Virus record (IMG/VR): IMGVR_UViG_3300042569_002054
Source: a virus
Length of the DNA stretch: 64,000 nt
Direction: 5' to 3' (one strand)
Below, one piece after another: positions 1-10,225 of this stretch. The stretch's first letter is position 1, and every line of letters starts with the position of its first letter. The position numbers and the translations under genes are program-made. The notes beneath the pieces are model-generated. The model did not search any database. It was not told where the DNA came from and worked only from the letters and a program-made list of their open reading frames with translations.

Positions 1-741
1 GATTGTTGATAACGTTCTATCAACAATAGATTCTGAATCAACTGGATTAATTTCAATATTTAAATTGTATGAATTTGATAACATTTTAACTAAATCATAT
101 TTTGACACTTGAGTTGGTGAAATAAAATGTTTAGTTCCTTTCCAAAAATCTTTGTTATCTATAATTTTTTCTACTAATTTAGCCCATTCTAAACAAGTTA
201 TACCATTCCAAAAATGATTTAGAAACCCATTAACTTTATTATTTTTTTGACTTTTAACCCACTCAACTAAAGACCTGTGTTGATTAACCTCTTCACCAAT
301 AATTGAAGTTCTTATTATTGTACAATTATTTGGTTCACCAATAGCTTTTGACATACCATACACATCATCAACATCATATTTATCGTTTTCGTTATATCTA
401 CCTTTTTTACCTGAGTACACACAATCAGTTGTTGGGTGAATCATGTTCCATTCATTTTTTTCACAAATATTTGATAACATTCTTGGAAATACTGAATTAA
501 CTAAAATCGCATTTAAATCTCCTAATTGGTCAACTCTAGGTTTAATTGTACCAATACAATTAATTATAACGTCACCTTTATTAACACCACTCTTTATCAA
601 TATATCTTCTATTGATTTTTCTGTTTGATGTGAAGCGTCAAGAATATCTCTATTAATTTCACTAACATTAAATTTTTCAGATAAATAACTGTATACATAT
701 TTACCTAACATCCCTTTTGAACCTAAAATATAAATTTTCAT
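1..741 (-). CDS. rmlD: dTDP-4-dehydrorhamnose reductase family SDR (3' end runs off the window; absent from ORF track)
   Basis: Manual translation from ATG at 741: MKIYILGSKGMLG (GxxGxxG), TTDCVYSG, YGMSK (YxxxK), DRTL; no stop down to position 1. Confidence 0.85.
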   Translation of the reverse strand, partial: MKIYILGSKGMLGKYVYSYLSEKFNVSEINRDILDASHQTEKSIEDILIKSGVNKGDVIINCIGTIKPRVDQLGDLNAILVNSVFPRMLSNICEKNEWNMIHPTTDCVYSGKKGRYNENDKYDVDDVYGMSKAIGEPNNCTIIRTSIIGEEVNQHRSLVEWVKSQKNNKVNGFLNHFWNGITCLEWAKLVEKIIDNKDFWKGTKHFISPTQVSKYDLVKMLSNSYNLNIEINPVDSESIVDRTLSTI

Positions 742-765
742 AATTTTTTTATTTTTTTTATTTTT

Positions 766-1185
766 TTATCTAAAATCTTCTTCCCATATATTCCAATTAT
801 CATGTGGTAATCTTATATCGTCACCTAAACTTTCTTCTAATGATGTGGTAGAAAAGAAAATAACTGAAGTATTATCTTCTAAATTTTTAAAACCATTATA
901 GTGATTTGGTGGGATAAATAATACTTTTGGTTGTTTTGAACTTAAAATATATTTTGTAACTTCTTCAGTTTCCATATTAACAATTCCAATAAGCGCAGTA
1001 CCACTAGATACATAAACATATTTTCCTTCTTTTTTATGACCATGCCATGCTCTTATAAATCCTTGTCTATGATTCTCAACTTGGTAAAATCTTTTTACAT
1101 TTTCAAAATTGAAATCATTAACAAATCTAACCGAACCTCTATCATCAACAGAGATACCACCATTCATTAATTTTTTTGTGTCCAT
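766..1185 (-). CDS. RmlC/FdtA-like cupin (NDP-sugar epimerase/isomerase)
   Basis: DDRG, RAWHGH cupin motif, LFIPPNHYNGF; adjacent to rmlD. Confidence 0.7.
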   Translation of the reverse strand: MDTKKLMNGGISVDDRGSVRFVNDFNFENVKRFYQVENHRQGFIRAWHGHKKEGKYVYVSSGTALIGIVNMETEEVTKYILSSKQPKVLFIPPNHYNGFKNLEDNTSVIFFSTTSLEESLGDDIRLPHDNWNIWEEDFR

Positions 1186-2141
1186 AATAATTCTTTTTGA
1201 TTTTTTTTATTTGTTAAAAACGCTCCATTGTGGTAAACTTTATCTTCAGGGTTCTCAATTCTATTTTCTTCAAATAAAGTTACCATTCTTAATACCTCAT
1301 CCTCAACGGTTGTAATTGGTTTATATTTAAAAACTTTTAAAGATTTTGAATTATCAACACGATAATTTCTAGCATCTTGAAAAGATATTTCAGTGTACGT
1401 TACTTTAGTATTAGGTACTATTTTAGCGACACGTTCACCTAGTTCTTTAATTATAACATTTTCTTTTGATAAAACAAAAATTCCTGGGTACTTTTCTTTA
1501 CACGCCTCTGTAATATATCCTGCTATATCTTTAACGGCAATTATTGGTCTCCATTGTTCACCACCATTAATAGTTATAGTACCTTCTTTTACCGCCTTCA
1601 TAGTTAATACATTAACAACTAAATCCATTCTAATTCTAGAATATGTGTCACCAAGACCAAATACAGTTCCTAATCTAAAAATTGTCCCATTTTTGTCTAA
1701 AATGTGTTTTTCGGCTTTAAGTTTTGTTGATGCATATGATGATAATGGATTTGTTTCACTTAATTCATCTAATATACCATCTTGAGCTCCGTAAACTGAA
1801 CACGTAGACATAAAAATTAAATGTTTATCGGGTGAAACAATATCACAAAAATTTTTAATAGAATTATAATTAATTTCTTCAGTTAAAAATGGGTCAACAC
1901 TACAAGCCGGGTCACCAACTAAAGCAGCCATTAAAACTATAATATCAAAATCTTTAGATACTTCATAAAGTTTATCAGTATCTCTAATGTCTCCATAAAT
2001 AAAAGAAACATCTTTTAAATACCTATTTTCATATAATAAATTATCGTAAATAGTTATATCAAACCCTTCTCTAATAAGATAATCTGATGTTAATCCTCCG
2101 ATGTAACCGGCACCACCTACTAATAAAACTTTTTCTTTCAT
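1167..2141 (-). CDS. NAD-dependent sugar epimerase/dehydratase (extended SDR)
   Basis: GGAGYIG, STCSVYG, YASTK, FRLGTVFG. Confidence 0.85.
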   Translation of the reverse strand: MKEKVLLVGGAGYIGGLTSDYLIREGFDITIYDNLLYENRYLKDVSFIYGDIRDTDKLYEVSKDFDIIVLMAALVGDPACSVDPFLTEEINYNSIKNFCDIVSPDKHLIFMSTCSVYGAQDGILDELSETNPLSSYASTKLKAEKHILDKNGTIFRLGTVFGLGDTYSRIRMDLVVNVLTMKAVKEGTITINGGEQWRPIIAVKDIAGYITEACKEKYPGIFVLSKENVIIKELGERVAKIVPNTKVTYTEISFQDARNYRVDNSKSLKVFKYKPITTVEDEVLRMVTLFEENRIENPEDKVYHNGAFLTNKKNQKELLWTQKN

Positions 2142-2668
2142 TATTTTATAAATTTATTTACTCTTCTTTCATTAGAGCGTCTAATTATTGTTAGCCCCGC
2201 TTCTGATACAGGTAATGTTAAAACATCCATATCAGGATAATTTTCTTTTAACCAGTCAATCATTTTATATGAATCACCACAACGTAATTCGCTTAGATAT
2301 TCTTCTGATATTGGGTCAGTATCGTGTAAAATTATCATACCAAATTCATTAAGTAATCTTAATGACAATTCAAAATCTTTTTTAACCGATTCAAAAGAAT
2401 GGTCAGCGTCAATAAAAATAACATCGACCTTTTCATTAAAATTATTTAAAAATTCTTGAGTTGTTGATTGATGAAACTCACCAATATTTTTATGTATTCT
2501 GATATCTTTAATATCTACACCTATAACTCTAGGAACTATTTGGGCAACACTTGCCATAGTCATACCGTCGTAAATACCTAATTCTAAATAAGTCTGACAG
2601 TTAATTGATTTAACTAATTGAATGATTAAATCTGAATGATGGGATTTTCCATATGCGAACATAGACAT
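2141..2668 (-). CDS. Class I SAM-dependent methyltransferase (Methyltransf_24-like)
   Basis: YLELGIYDG, FIDADHSFE, IILHDT. Confidence 0.8.
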   Translation of the reverse strand: MSMFAYGKSHHSDLIIQLVKSINCQTYLELGIYDGMTMASVAQIVPRVIGVDIKDIRIHKNIGEFHQSTTQEFLNNFNEKVDVIFIDADHSFESVKKDFELSLRLLNEFGMIILHDTDPISEEYLSELRCGDSYKMIDWLKENYPDMDVLTLPVSEAGLTIIRRSNERRVNKFIK

Positions 2669-2713
2669 ACTTTTTGTTTTAATTTATTATTGTTTATTTA
2701 TATTTTTTTATGT

Positions 2714-3556
2714 TTAAAAAACAGGTATTGTTTCGGCTTTACATCCACCAAACCACCAAATACATTCTGAAAATGTACTAAGACGATTACACACCAACAT
2801 ATCACATTTTGAAGCTATTAACATACTTGCGGCAGAATATTGCATCTGTGTAATGTTATCTGGTTTAGTATAAGTTATTACATTATAATCTTTTAAGTAT
2901 TCCAAATACTCAGGTAAAACACTATCATTATCTGAAGTGAGAAAAATTGTTTTTACTTTTGGTAAGAATTTATCAATTGCGTTTTTATATGTTTCAAAAT
3001 TATAATCTCGAATAACTCCATCACGAATACTTGTACAGTATGGTGGGTCAAATTTATGTGTCCACGTTCTTATTTGAATTGTTAGTAACGGATATTCAAA
3101 ATTTTGCGAAATTCTATCAACCTCAGACAAAACTTCATTTTTCCATTTAATTTTACTAATTCCATTTTGTATCCTGTCATACACTGTATCAGATATAAGT
3201 TTTCTATCAAAAAACCAATCAATTGAGTGTGTTGAAAACAAATAAGAAAGTTTTTTATTTGCAATATTTGGGTGGTCACCTAATGATTTTGCGTCATTAA
3301 TTAAATCTGGTTGTTCACTTTCCTCTGATTTTAAAATAAGGAATCTTGCTGAAACAAATGACTCCCCAAATTCATGTGTACCATGACAAATTAAACTATC
3401 ATCTAAAATTTCATAATAATTAGCGTCAAAGTGAGCATCAAATCTTGGTAAGATATTAGTTTCCGCAATACTTAAAGCCGTGACAAAAGATTTAATAACA
3501 TTACATAAACCTGATTTTATTTCTACTGTGAATTTCATATTTATTTTATTTAACAA
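2714..3556 (-). CDS. Putative fucosyltransferase-like glycosyltransferase (GT11/GT23/NodZ-like)
   Basis: IQIRTW (cf. VHIRRGD), IFLTSDN and STFSECIWWFG (cf. STFSWW) in the expected order; gmd is nearby. Confidence 0.5.
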   Translation of the reverse strand: MLNKINMKFTVEIKSGLCNVIKSFVTALSIAETNILPRFDAHFDANYYEILDDSLICHGTHEFGESFVSARFLILKSEESEQPDLINDAKSLGDHPNIANKKLSYLFSTHSIDWFFDRKLISDTVYDRIQNGISKIKWKNEVLSEVDRISQNFEYPLLTIQIRTWTHKFDPPYCTSIRDGVIRDYNFETYKNAIDKFLPKVKTIFLTSDNDSVLPEYLEYLKDYNVITYTKPDNITQMQYSAASMLIASKCDMLVCNRLSTFSECIWWFGGCKAETIPVF

Positions 3557-4469
3557 ATTCAGTAATTAAGTCTGTCCATTTTTCACGACAACGTTCTAAA
3601 GTATATTCTTTTGAATAATACTCTCGTGGTGAAAAAAGTTGTCGATTGCTGGTAACATATCTTATTGTTTCAGGAAAATCTTCATCATTAGAAACTAATC
3701 CCCATGTTTTGTCATCTTGTCTATCTAAATAACACCCCATAGGTCTTGCAACCATCGGTATATCACACGCACCTATCTCAATTCCCGCAAAATGACCTTC
3801 TTCATTTCCTGAGGTACAAATACCACACACTGATGAATTTATTAAAAGTCTAACTGTATTTGTGTCAACTCTGTTAAATATTCTTACTCTATTTCTATTA
3901 TGTTCAGGAATTGCGTCAATAGTTGTATTATCTTTCATTACTAAACAAAAGTTAAAATCTGTCATTGTCTCAATAAGGTTTAAAACTCTATGAAATCCTT
4001 TTTTTTCGTAAGATGAATCACCTATGAATATAATTGAATTAGGTAAAACATCAGGATGTCTTTCAGGGATAGGTTTAAAAAAATTAAAGTCAGATGATTG
4101 TTCAATTACTCTTACATTTTTTGGATTAATTCTTTCTTTATAAAGATTATACGTTTGTTTAGAAGCAAAAACTACACAAGTACATGAATTTATAACTTCA
4201 GTTTGCATTGGATTATCCATAGTATCTTGTATCAGACAAAATGTTGGGACATCGATATTAAGTTTACGAAAATAACTTCCGTTTCTAATTATATAATCGG
4301 GACGCTCTCTAATAGATTCTATTTTATTTGCTAATATTGCGTAACTTGTATGTCCGTCGCATTTATCTTGAAGACCTGGAAACCATTCTAATAGGTCATG
4401 CCAAAATGTTCTTGTATTTGGGATACACGTAAGTGTATCGTTAACTAACCACCCAATTTTATTATCCAT
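3546..4469 (-). CDS. GT4-like (GT-B) glycosyltransferase
   Basis: KKGFHRV, EEGHFAGIEIGACDIPMV (ExxxxxxxE-like acceptor motif). Confidence 0.7.
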   Translation of the reverse strand: MDNKIGWLVNDTLTCIPNTRTFWHDLLEWFPGLQDKCDGHTSYAILANKIESIRERPDYIIRNGSYFRKLNIDVPTFCLIQDTMDNPMQTEVINSCTCVVFASKQTYNLYKERINPKNVRVIEQSSDFNFFKPIPERHPDVLPNSIIFIGDSSYEKKGFHRVLNLIETMTDFNFCLVMKDNTTIDAIPEHNRNRVRIFNRVDTNTVRLLINSSVCGICTSGNEEGHFAGIEIGACDIPMVARPMGCYLDRQDDKTWGLVSNDEDFPETIRYVTSNRQLFSPREYYSKEYTLERCREKWTDLITEFVK

Positions 4470-4477
4470 AATTTATT

Positions 4478-5449
4478 TTATTTTTTATAAATGTTTAACC
4501 AATAATCAATCATTTCATCCATCATTGTCTCAAAACTATATTCAGGACTCCATCCTAAAGACCTAATTTTACTTGAATCACCTTTAAGGTATGGTAATTC
4601 TTCAGGACGTAAAAACTTATCATTTTGAATGACATAGTCTTTATAATTTAAATTTAATTTACTAAAAACATATTCACACATATCTCTAACTGACCTTGAT
4701 TCCCCAGTTGCAACAACTAAATCAACTGGTTTATCCTGTTGTAATATTAAATGCATTGCTTTTACATAATCTTTGGAGTGACCCCAATCCCTGTATGAGT
4801 CCATATTACCAAGTTCTAATTTATCTGATAACCCTAAACTTATCATCACCGCAGCTTTAACTACTTTATTAGTAACAAAATTAGAACCTCTACGAGGAGA
4901 TTCATGATTGAATAAAATACCATTGTTGGCATGTAAATTATATGCGTTTCTATAATTTCGAACAATGTTATACCCAAATACTTTACTACACCCATATGGT
5001 GAAACTGGATTCATGTGAGTTGTTTCTCTTTGGTATCCATCAGGGTCTACCGAACTTCCAAACATTTCCGAACTACTTGCTTGGTAAAATTTCGCATTAG
5101 GACAAATTCTACGATAAGCATCTAAAATATTTAAAACACCTAAAGAATTAACTTGTGATGTAAATTGTGGAATATCGTAACTAATACGTACATGACTTTG
5201 AGCCGCTAAATTGTATATCTCATCAGGTTGTATTTCATTTAATAATCGTTCAATGTTGGATTGGTCTAACAAGTCACCATAATATATATTTATTTTGTCT
5301 CGTATTTCGTCAAGTCTACTTTGTTGGTGTTCAGGTGTAGAATTTCTTCTTATAATACCATGAACTTCATATCCTAATGATAAAAGATATTCCGCTAGAT
5401 ATGACCCATCTTGGCCACCTACACCGGTTATAAATGCACGTTTAATCAT
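4478..5449 (-). CDS. gmd: GDP-mannose 4,6-dehydratase
   Basis: ITGVGGQDGSYLAEYLL, YNLAAQSHV, YQASSSEMFG, SPYGCSK, LFNHESPRRG, RDWGH. Confidence 0.95.
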   Translation of the reverse strand: MIKRAFITGVGGQDGSYLAEYLLSLGYEVHGIIRRNSTPEHQQSRLDEIRDKINIYYGDLLDQSNIERLLNEIQPDEIYNLAAQSHVRISYDIPQFTSQVNSLGVLNILDAYRRICPNAKFYQASSSEMFGSSVDPDGYQRETTHMNPVSPYGCSKVFGYNIVRNYRNAYNLHANNGILFNHESPRRGSNFVTNKVVKAAVMISLGLSDKLELGNMDSYRDWGHSKDYVKAMHLILQQDKPVDLVVATGESRSVRDMCEYVFSKLNLNYKDYVIQNDKFLRPEELPYLKGDSSKIRSLGWSPEYSFETMMDEMIDYWLNIYKK

Positions 5450-5458
5450 ATTTTATTT

Positions 5459-6067
5459 TTAACTTTTAAAAAAATTCATTTTAGTCAAATCTGGCCAATC
5501 CTCATATCTCCATTTTCTAGGATTTGTATTAATAGCATTAGACAATTTATCTAATCCTAATTTGGCGGTCTCAGGAGTCATGTAATAATGGTAACCCATT
5601 GTGTCAATATTTTGTTCTCTCCATGGGATGTTGGGTAATCTACCATCATAACTCATTTTTTTTAACTGAATAGCATCTTGTTCGTTGTCCAAAAGAATCA
5701 TCCCTCCTCTACCTAAACTTAAATGTTTTTGAAATTGAAAACTTAAACACATATATGTGTTTGGTATATAACTGTCTTTTTTCCACAATACCGCTGCGTC
5801 AATTATTCTTTTTTCTTCGTAATTTAAAGTGTAATAATCTTCCCATTTTTCATCTCTCCAATCTAATCCAATTCCCAATTTTTTAGACAACATGGGTACG
5901 GACAAATAAGTTCTTAATGGGACATTAATTTTAGTAGCATTTGTTAATCTTAAACATAATTCAATACCATGTGTACAACTATCTACAGCAACTGCGTAAG
6001 GTGCATTGTAAAATTGTGATATCCTTTTTTCAAATTCTGTCACAATATCCATATTTACTTGTTCCAT
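5459..6067 (-). CDS. Shortened DegT/DnrJ/EryC1/StrS-family PLP aminotransferase (202 aa)
   Basis: FEKRI..YAVAVDSCT, DAA, SFQFQKHL (PLP lysine), GRGGMI; lacks the usual C-terminal small domain. Confidence 0.7.
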   Translation of the reverse strand: MEQVNMDIVTEFEKRISQFYNAPYAVAVDSCTHGIELCLRLTNATKINVPLRTYLSVPMLSKKLGIGLDWRDEKWEDYYTLNYEEKRIIDAAVLWKKDSYIPNTYMCLSFQFQKHLSLGRGGMILLDNEQDAIQLKKMSYDGRLPNIPWREQNIDTMGYHYYMTPETAKLGLDKLSNAINTNPRKWRYEDWPDLTKMNFFKS

Positions 6068-6071
6068 AAGA

Positions 6072-6596
6072 TTAGTAATTATATCCTAATTTTTTTGCGT
6101 TGTAAAGTATTTTTGTACTATCTATTTTTTTAACTAAAACTGCGGGATTTCCTTTATATACCCCCCATTCTTCAGTATCTCCCATTAATAAACTACCTGC
6201 GGATAATAGAACACCACGTCTTAATCTTGAGCCGGGTAATACAATAGAATTTGTTCCGATATTAGAAAATTCTTCAATAAGAACAGGTTTAATTATTTGA
6301 GTACCTTTTAATTCTTCAGGTATCATCGCACCAAATAATCCACTATCATCAAATCTATCTGAACCACATACAATTCTAGCTCCGGCCATTATGTTATTAA
6401 ACCCTTTGGCCGTAAAATCTGAGTTTTTACCACCTATAATTGTTACATAAGGACTAATATGTGTATAATCACCAATATGTAATTTTGTTGTACAATAAAA
6501 TCCTTTATCTATTGCAACATGACTACCTATAACACAATTATTTTTTTCTTTTATTATTATATCTAAATCTAAAACAACATCATCACCTATTTTCAT
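6072..6596 (-). CDS. Hexapeptide-repeat (LbH) acyltransferase
   Basis: IG-x hexapeptide repeats, IGTNSIVLPG, GVYKGNPA. Confidence 0.8.
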   Translation of the reverse strand: MKIGDDVVLDLDIIIKEKNNCVIGSHVAIDKGFYCTTKLHIGDYTHISPYVTIIGGKNSDFTAKGFNNIMAGARIVCGSDRFDDSGLFGAMIPEELKGTQIIKPVLIEEFSNIGTNSIVLPGSRLRRGVLLSAGSLLMGDTEEWGVYKGNPAVLVKKIDSTKILYNAKKLGYNY

Positions 6597-7006
6597 TAGA
6601 TAAAAGTTTTATCAATGGTTTGACCAAAATACGGCCCTGTTTTATATTCGTATACTATAGTATCATCTTCTAAAATCAAATAATTGTGTCCACCATTGAA
6701 TGTAAAACTAATGTCTCCTGCGGACAATATTGGTTCCGCAATTATATTATCATCAATGTCATAAAAAATACATTGTACCTTTCCTTTTATAACACACCAG
6801 CTTTCTTGAGGTATATAATTTTCATCATGTCTTGGGATTATATTATGTTTGTGAGGTTTAAATGTATGTCCTTTAGATAATTTTAAACTCGCACATTGTA
6901 AATAATTTTTATCTACACTTAAATCGGTGCGTTCAGAAATAACATCAGATAATCTTACAACTTGATGAAGAAGTTCACCATTAATTTTAGAATATATTTT
7001 TTCCAT
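6596..7006 (-). CDS. WbuC-like cupin-fold protein
   Basis: PHKH..QESW..GGHNY..EYKTGPY cupin metal-ligand pattern. Confidence 0.6.
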   Translation of the reverse strand: MEKIYSKINGELLHQVVRLSDVISERTDLSVDKNYLQCASLKLSKGHTFKPHKHNIIPRHDENYIPQESWCVIKGKVQCIFYDIDDNIIAEPILSAGDISFTFNGGHNYLILEDDTIVYEYKTGPYFGQTIDKTFI

Positions 7007-7007
7007 A

Positions 7008-7886
7008 TTACATTTGTTGTAGTTTATTATATATAATATTTTTTAATTTTTGTTTAAATTCAAAATACCATTCATTTATTTTTGTTATTTCATAATCAGG
7101 ATTTAATAAAATATTATTATAAACATTAATAATTTCATCCCAATCATTAACAATTGGGATTGGGTTTTCCCCAAAAATGTTTTCAAAATAGTTATTTCCA
7201 CTATATTTTTTTATAATAGGAATTGACCCTGATTCTAATACTTCACAAATTCTAAACGTATCAAAATTAATGTTACCCATTGGACATGGAACTAATAAAG
7301 TTGAGGAATAAATTTCACCCATTTCGGTTGAATTAATTGATGTTGGACAATTCCATCCTTTAGTAATATGAATGAAAACTTTATTAAATTTTGAAATTTG
7401 TGTGACTACATTGAATCTATCTTGTTTTAATTGTCCAATAAAACAAAAATTATATTTTTTTTGATTAAATTTAAGATAATTTTGATTTTTATTTTTAATT
7501 CCTGATTTATATCCTAAAGGTACTGTTATAACATTTTGTTTATTAATTTTTGGGTCATAATAATTTCTTATTACTACATTAGCATAATCATAATAGTCAC
7601 AATTATGATTTAATTGTTCATTTGAAATGTGGAATAAATTAAACTTTATACCTTTATTTTTATAATTTTCAAAATAATCTCTAATATCTTTATTTAATTC
7701 ACGGTCATCTGATGAGTATATTATTAAAGAGTTCTCAATAAAAACGTCTAAATTACCTGAAATTAATTTAACATCAATTTCAAATTCGGATAATAAATCA
7801 TTTAAAATATAATTATATTCCCACCCTTTTAACGCTTCTTCTAAAGTTGCGGATATTATTCCGATTACGGTTAGTTTTTTTTTCAC
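7008..7886 (-). CDS. Exostosin/GT47-like glycosyltransferase (GTG start)
   Basis: FCFIGQ, PCPMGNINFDTFRICEVLESGSIPII. Confidence 0.6.
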   Translation of the reverse strand: MKKKLTVIGIISATLEEALKGWEYNYILNDLLSEFEIDVKLISGNLDVFIENSLIIYSSDDRELNKDIRDYFENYKNKGIKFNLFHISNEQLNHNCDYYDYANVVIRNYYDPKINKQNVITVPLGYKSGIKNKNQNYLKFNQKKYNFCFIGQLKQDRFNVVTQISKFNKVFIHITKGWNCPTSINSTEMGEIYSSTLLVPCPMGNINFDTFRICEVLESGSIPIIKKYSGNNYFENIFGENPIPIVNDWDEIINVYNNILLNPDYEITKINEWYFEFKQKLKNIIYNKLQQM

Positions 7887-7910
7887 TATTTTTTATTTTT
7901 TATTCATTAT

Positions 7911-8636
7911 TTATTCATCTTTTTCACCTTCTTGTATGTGATAAACTAATGAGTCAAATACTGTAACATGTCTCATCCCATAAGTCGCTTCTAATTTTCT
8001 AAAATACCAATCATCCCCACTTTGAACAAACCCATTTAAAGTACCAACTCCATCAGTATAAATGTTACCTTCAGGATACATACCACTCTCAATAAATCGG
8101 TTCTTTTCAAATATACATGGCATGTATAAACCACCTGAGTATGCATTATCTTCTCTCATTGACGTGTTAACTTTTTCCCATAGTTCGTAGTCAATTTTTT
8201 TAGGACTTTTTCCACAGTCTATACTAATACCATAAGTCCCACTTCTCATTTTACCACTTTCAACTAATCTTGATGTCGGTATATTAATACCATCATGATG
8301 TTTTAATAAATTTTCAAGCCATCCATCACTAAACACCATATCTGAATTAACAAAACAAATATTATCATATTCACTAGTTTTACCTGCAAAATTCCAACAC
8401 CTATAAACTCGATTTAAATAATAATCATTTGGTTTTGGGTCGTTATATATTGTATACGGAATATCTAAAGTTTTTAATTTATCTAAAATTTTTTCTGTTG
8501 CATCATTTGCAACAATTCTTACATTAATATCCCACCCATCAACTTTACATTTACTACTTTTTAGTTCATTGTAAATTAATTCGAGATAGTCAATTGACTT
8601 AAAAATCAATGAGATTATTTCAATATTTTTTTTCAT
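7911..8636 (-). CDS. GT2-like (GT-A) glycosyltransferase
   Basis: FVNSDMVF (xxD motif), GDDWYF, VYHIQEGE. Confidence 0.6.
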   Translation of the reverse strand: MKKNIEIISLIFKSIDYLELIYNELKSSKCKVDGWDINVRIVANDATEKILDKLKTLDIPYTIYNDPKPNDYYLNRVYRCWNFAGKTSEYDNICFVNSDMVFSDGWLENLLKHHDGINIPTSRLVESGKMRSGTYGISIDCGKSPKKIDYELWEKVNTSMREDNAYSGGLYMPCIFEKNRFIESGMYPEGNIYTDGVGTLNGFVQSGDDWYFRKLEATYGMRHVTVFDSLVYHIQEGEKDE

Positions 8637-8640
8637 ATGT

Positions 8641-9429
8641 TTAATTTTTATAAAAAAAGTTAGGATATAATTCTAAAAATTTATCCATAGATTTTGGTTT
8701 ATCATTTGTTATATCAACAATTTCTTTTTTGGCGTAATCATCAGTACGATTCCATAAATCAATTTGATTTTTCATTTTATACTCAATGTCAGATGGATTA
8801 CCAACACTATTAATAATTAATGAAGATTCTGCGATATTCTCAACTTTATACCTAACTCTATCAGGCCCTCCCATAAAACTATAATGCCATCCACCATGAA
8901 ATTTACTATTATAACCACTTCTCCCAGTATTTCTTAATTGTTGGGGTGATTGGAAACTGCCATAATTTGCCATAATAGGGCCATCCCATAAACAGTTTTG
9001 TTTACAATTAACGTAATAATAATATAAATTTTGTTTAAATGTTACCCATTGATTATTTTCAATATTACTAACAATTAAGTCGGTATTTGGGATTTCATCT
9101 AAATCTGAAACAATTATTTTATCTCCTTCAGATGCATGGTCAACTAAACCTCTCATTATACAATTTCTTTGGTAATTTTCGGGTATCCAAATATTATCAG
9201 GAGAATAAGTTGGTAAATCCTCAACTTTAACATGTATTATTTTATGAAGATATTCTTTAAAAATTTCTTTATTTTTCTCAAAAAGAAATTCTTTTGGATT
9301 TCCTGTATGTGTTTTGTTGGATTCAACTAATACAAAATAATCTACAACAGGATTTAATTCCATTAATCGTAGATGTAATAATTCTATTTCATTAAAAAAT
9401 TTAAAACAGTCAAATATTTTTTTAGCCAT
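8641..9429 (-). CDS. GT17 (MGAT3-like beta-1,4-GlcNAc transferase) family protein
   Basis: IFDCFKFFNEIELL.LRL.EL..VVDYFVLVES..THTG.PK, ENYQRN, SDLDEIP, GGWHYSF. Confidence 0.85.
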   Translation of the reverse strand: MAKKIFDCFKFFNEIELLHLRLMELNPVVDYFVLVESNKTHTGNPKEFLFEKNKEIFKEYLHKIIHVKVEDLPTYSPDNIWIPENYQRNCIMRGLVDHASEGDKIIVSDLDEIPNTDLIVSNIENNQWVTFKQNLYYYYVNCKQNCLWDGPIMANYGSFQSPQQLRNTGRSGYNSKFHGGWHYSFMGGPDRVRYKVENIAESSLIINSVGNPSDIEYKMKNQIDLWNRTDDYAKKEIVDITNDKPKSMDKFLELYPNFFYKN

Positions 9430-10225
9430 TATTTATCGAGTATTTATTTTCAAGTTTAGTCACATAATTGAATAAGTAATTATTTTTATTCCACATTTCC
9501 CAAAATTTATTATCCATGTTTACTCTATTTGTTACTGTTGCATTTTTATCATTTCCGTAATGCCATAAATGAAGAGCAACAAAATCATCAATAAACCTGA
9601 CATTTAATTTAAGACGAATTCTATGTATAAATTCATCATCATCAAACGCTACTCCAGTTGCGAATCTTTCGTCAAATCCTCCTAATTCTTTTAAATCTTT
9701 TTTAGTTATTGCGGTACAAAAATGATAAGATTTTGGTCGATATAATGAATGATTATACCATCCTTCATCACCATCATTAACTACTGATATTTTTTTATAT
9801 GTTGAGGGGTTAATAAATGATTTAAAATCATTAAGTTGTAACACTGCCGATGTTTGAATTTCACTTAAAGAATAACAAGCAAATGATAAATAATCATTAT
9901 CAATTAAATTTTCGTTTACAAAATTTAAAATATCATCTGAATGTAAACATTCAGGATTTTGTATAATAATTTTATCACCTGATACATGGTTAAATCCAAC
10001 GTTAAAAGGAACACATGGATTTACATACCATTTATCTTTTTTTTCTAATCTAACAATTTTTAAAAAAGGAAATTTGTCTACCAAATCTTCTAATCTCTCA
10101 TCTTCGTGACTACAGTCATCGACAGCGATAACTTCAAAATCAGTAAAACTACTTTTTTTAAAACTTTCTAATGTTTTAATAAATATTTTTTTTCGATTGT
10201 GATATGCGGTAACAATAGAAATCAT
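9422..10225 (-). CDS. GT2 family glycosyltransferase
   Basis: SIVTAYHNR, VIAVDDCS, GGFDERF..G.AFDDDEF. Confidence 0.85.
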   Translation of the reverse strand: MISIVTAYHNRKKIFIKTLESFKKSSFTDFEVIAVDDCSHEDERLEDLVDKFPFLKIVRLEKKDKWYVNPCVPFNVGFNHVSGDKIIIQNPECLHSDDILNFVNENLIDNDYLSFACYSLSEIQTSAVLQLNDFKSFINPSTYKKISVVNDGDEGWYNHSLYRPKSYHFCTAITKKDLKELGGFDERFATGVAFDDDEFIHRIRLKLNVRFIDDFVALHLWHYGNDKNATVTNRVNMDNKFWEMWNKNNYLFNYVTKLENKYSINNG

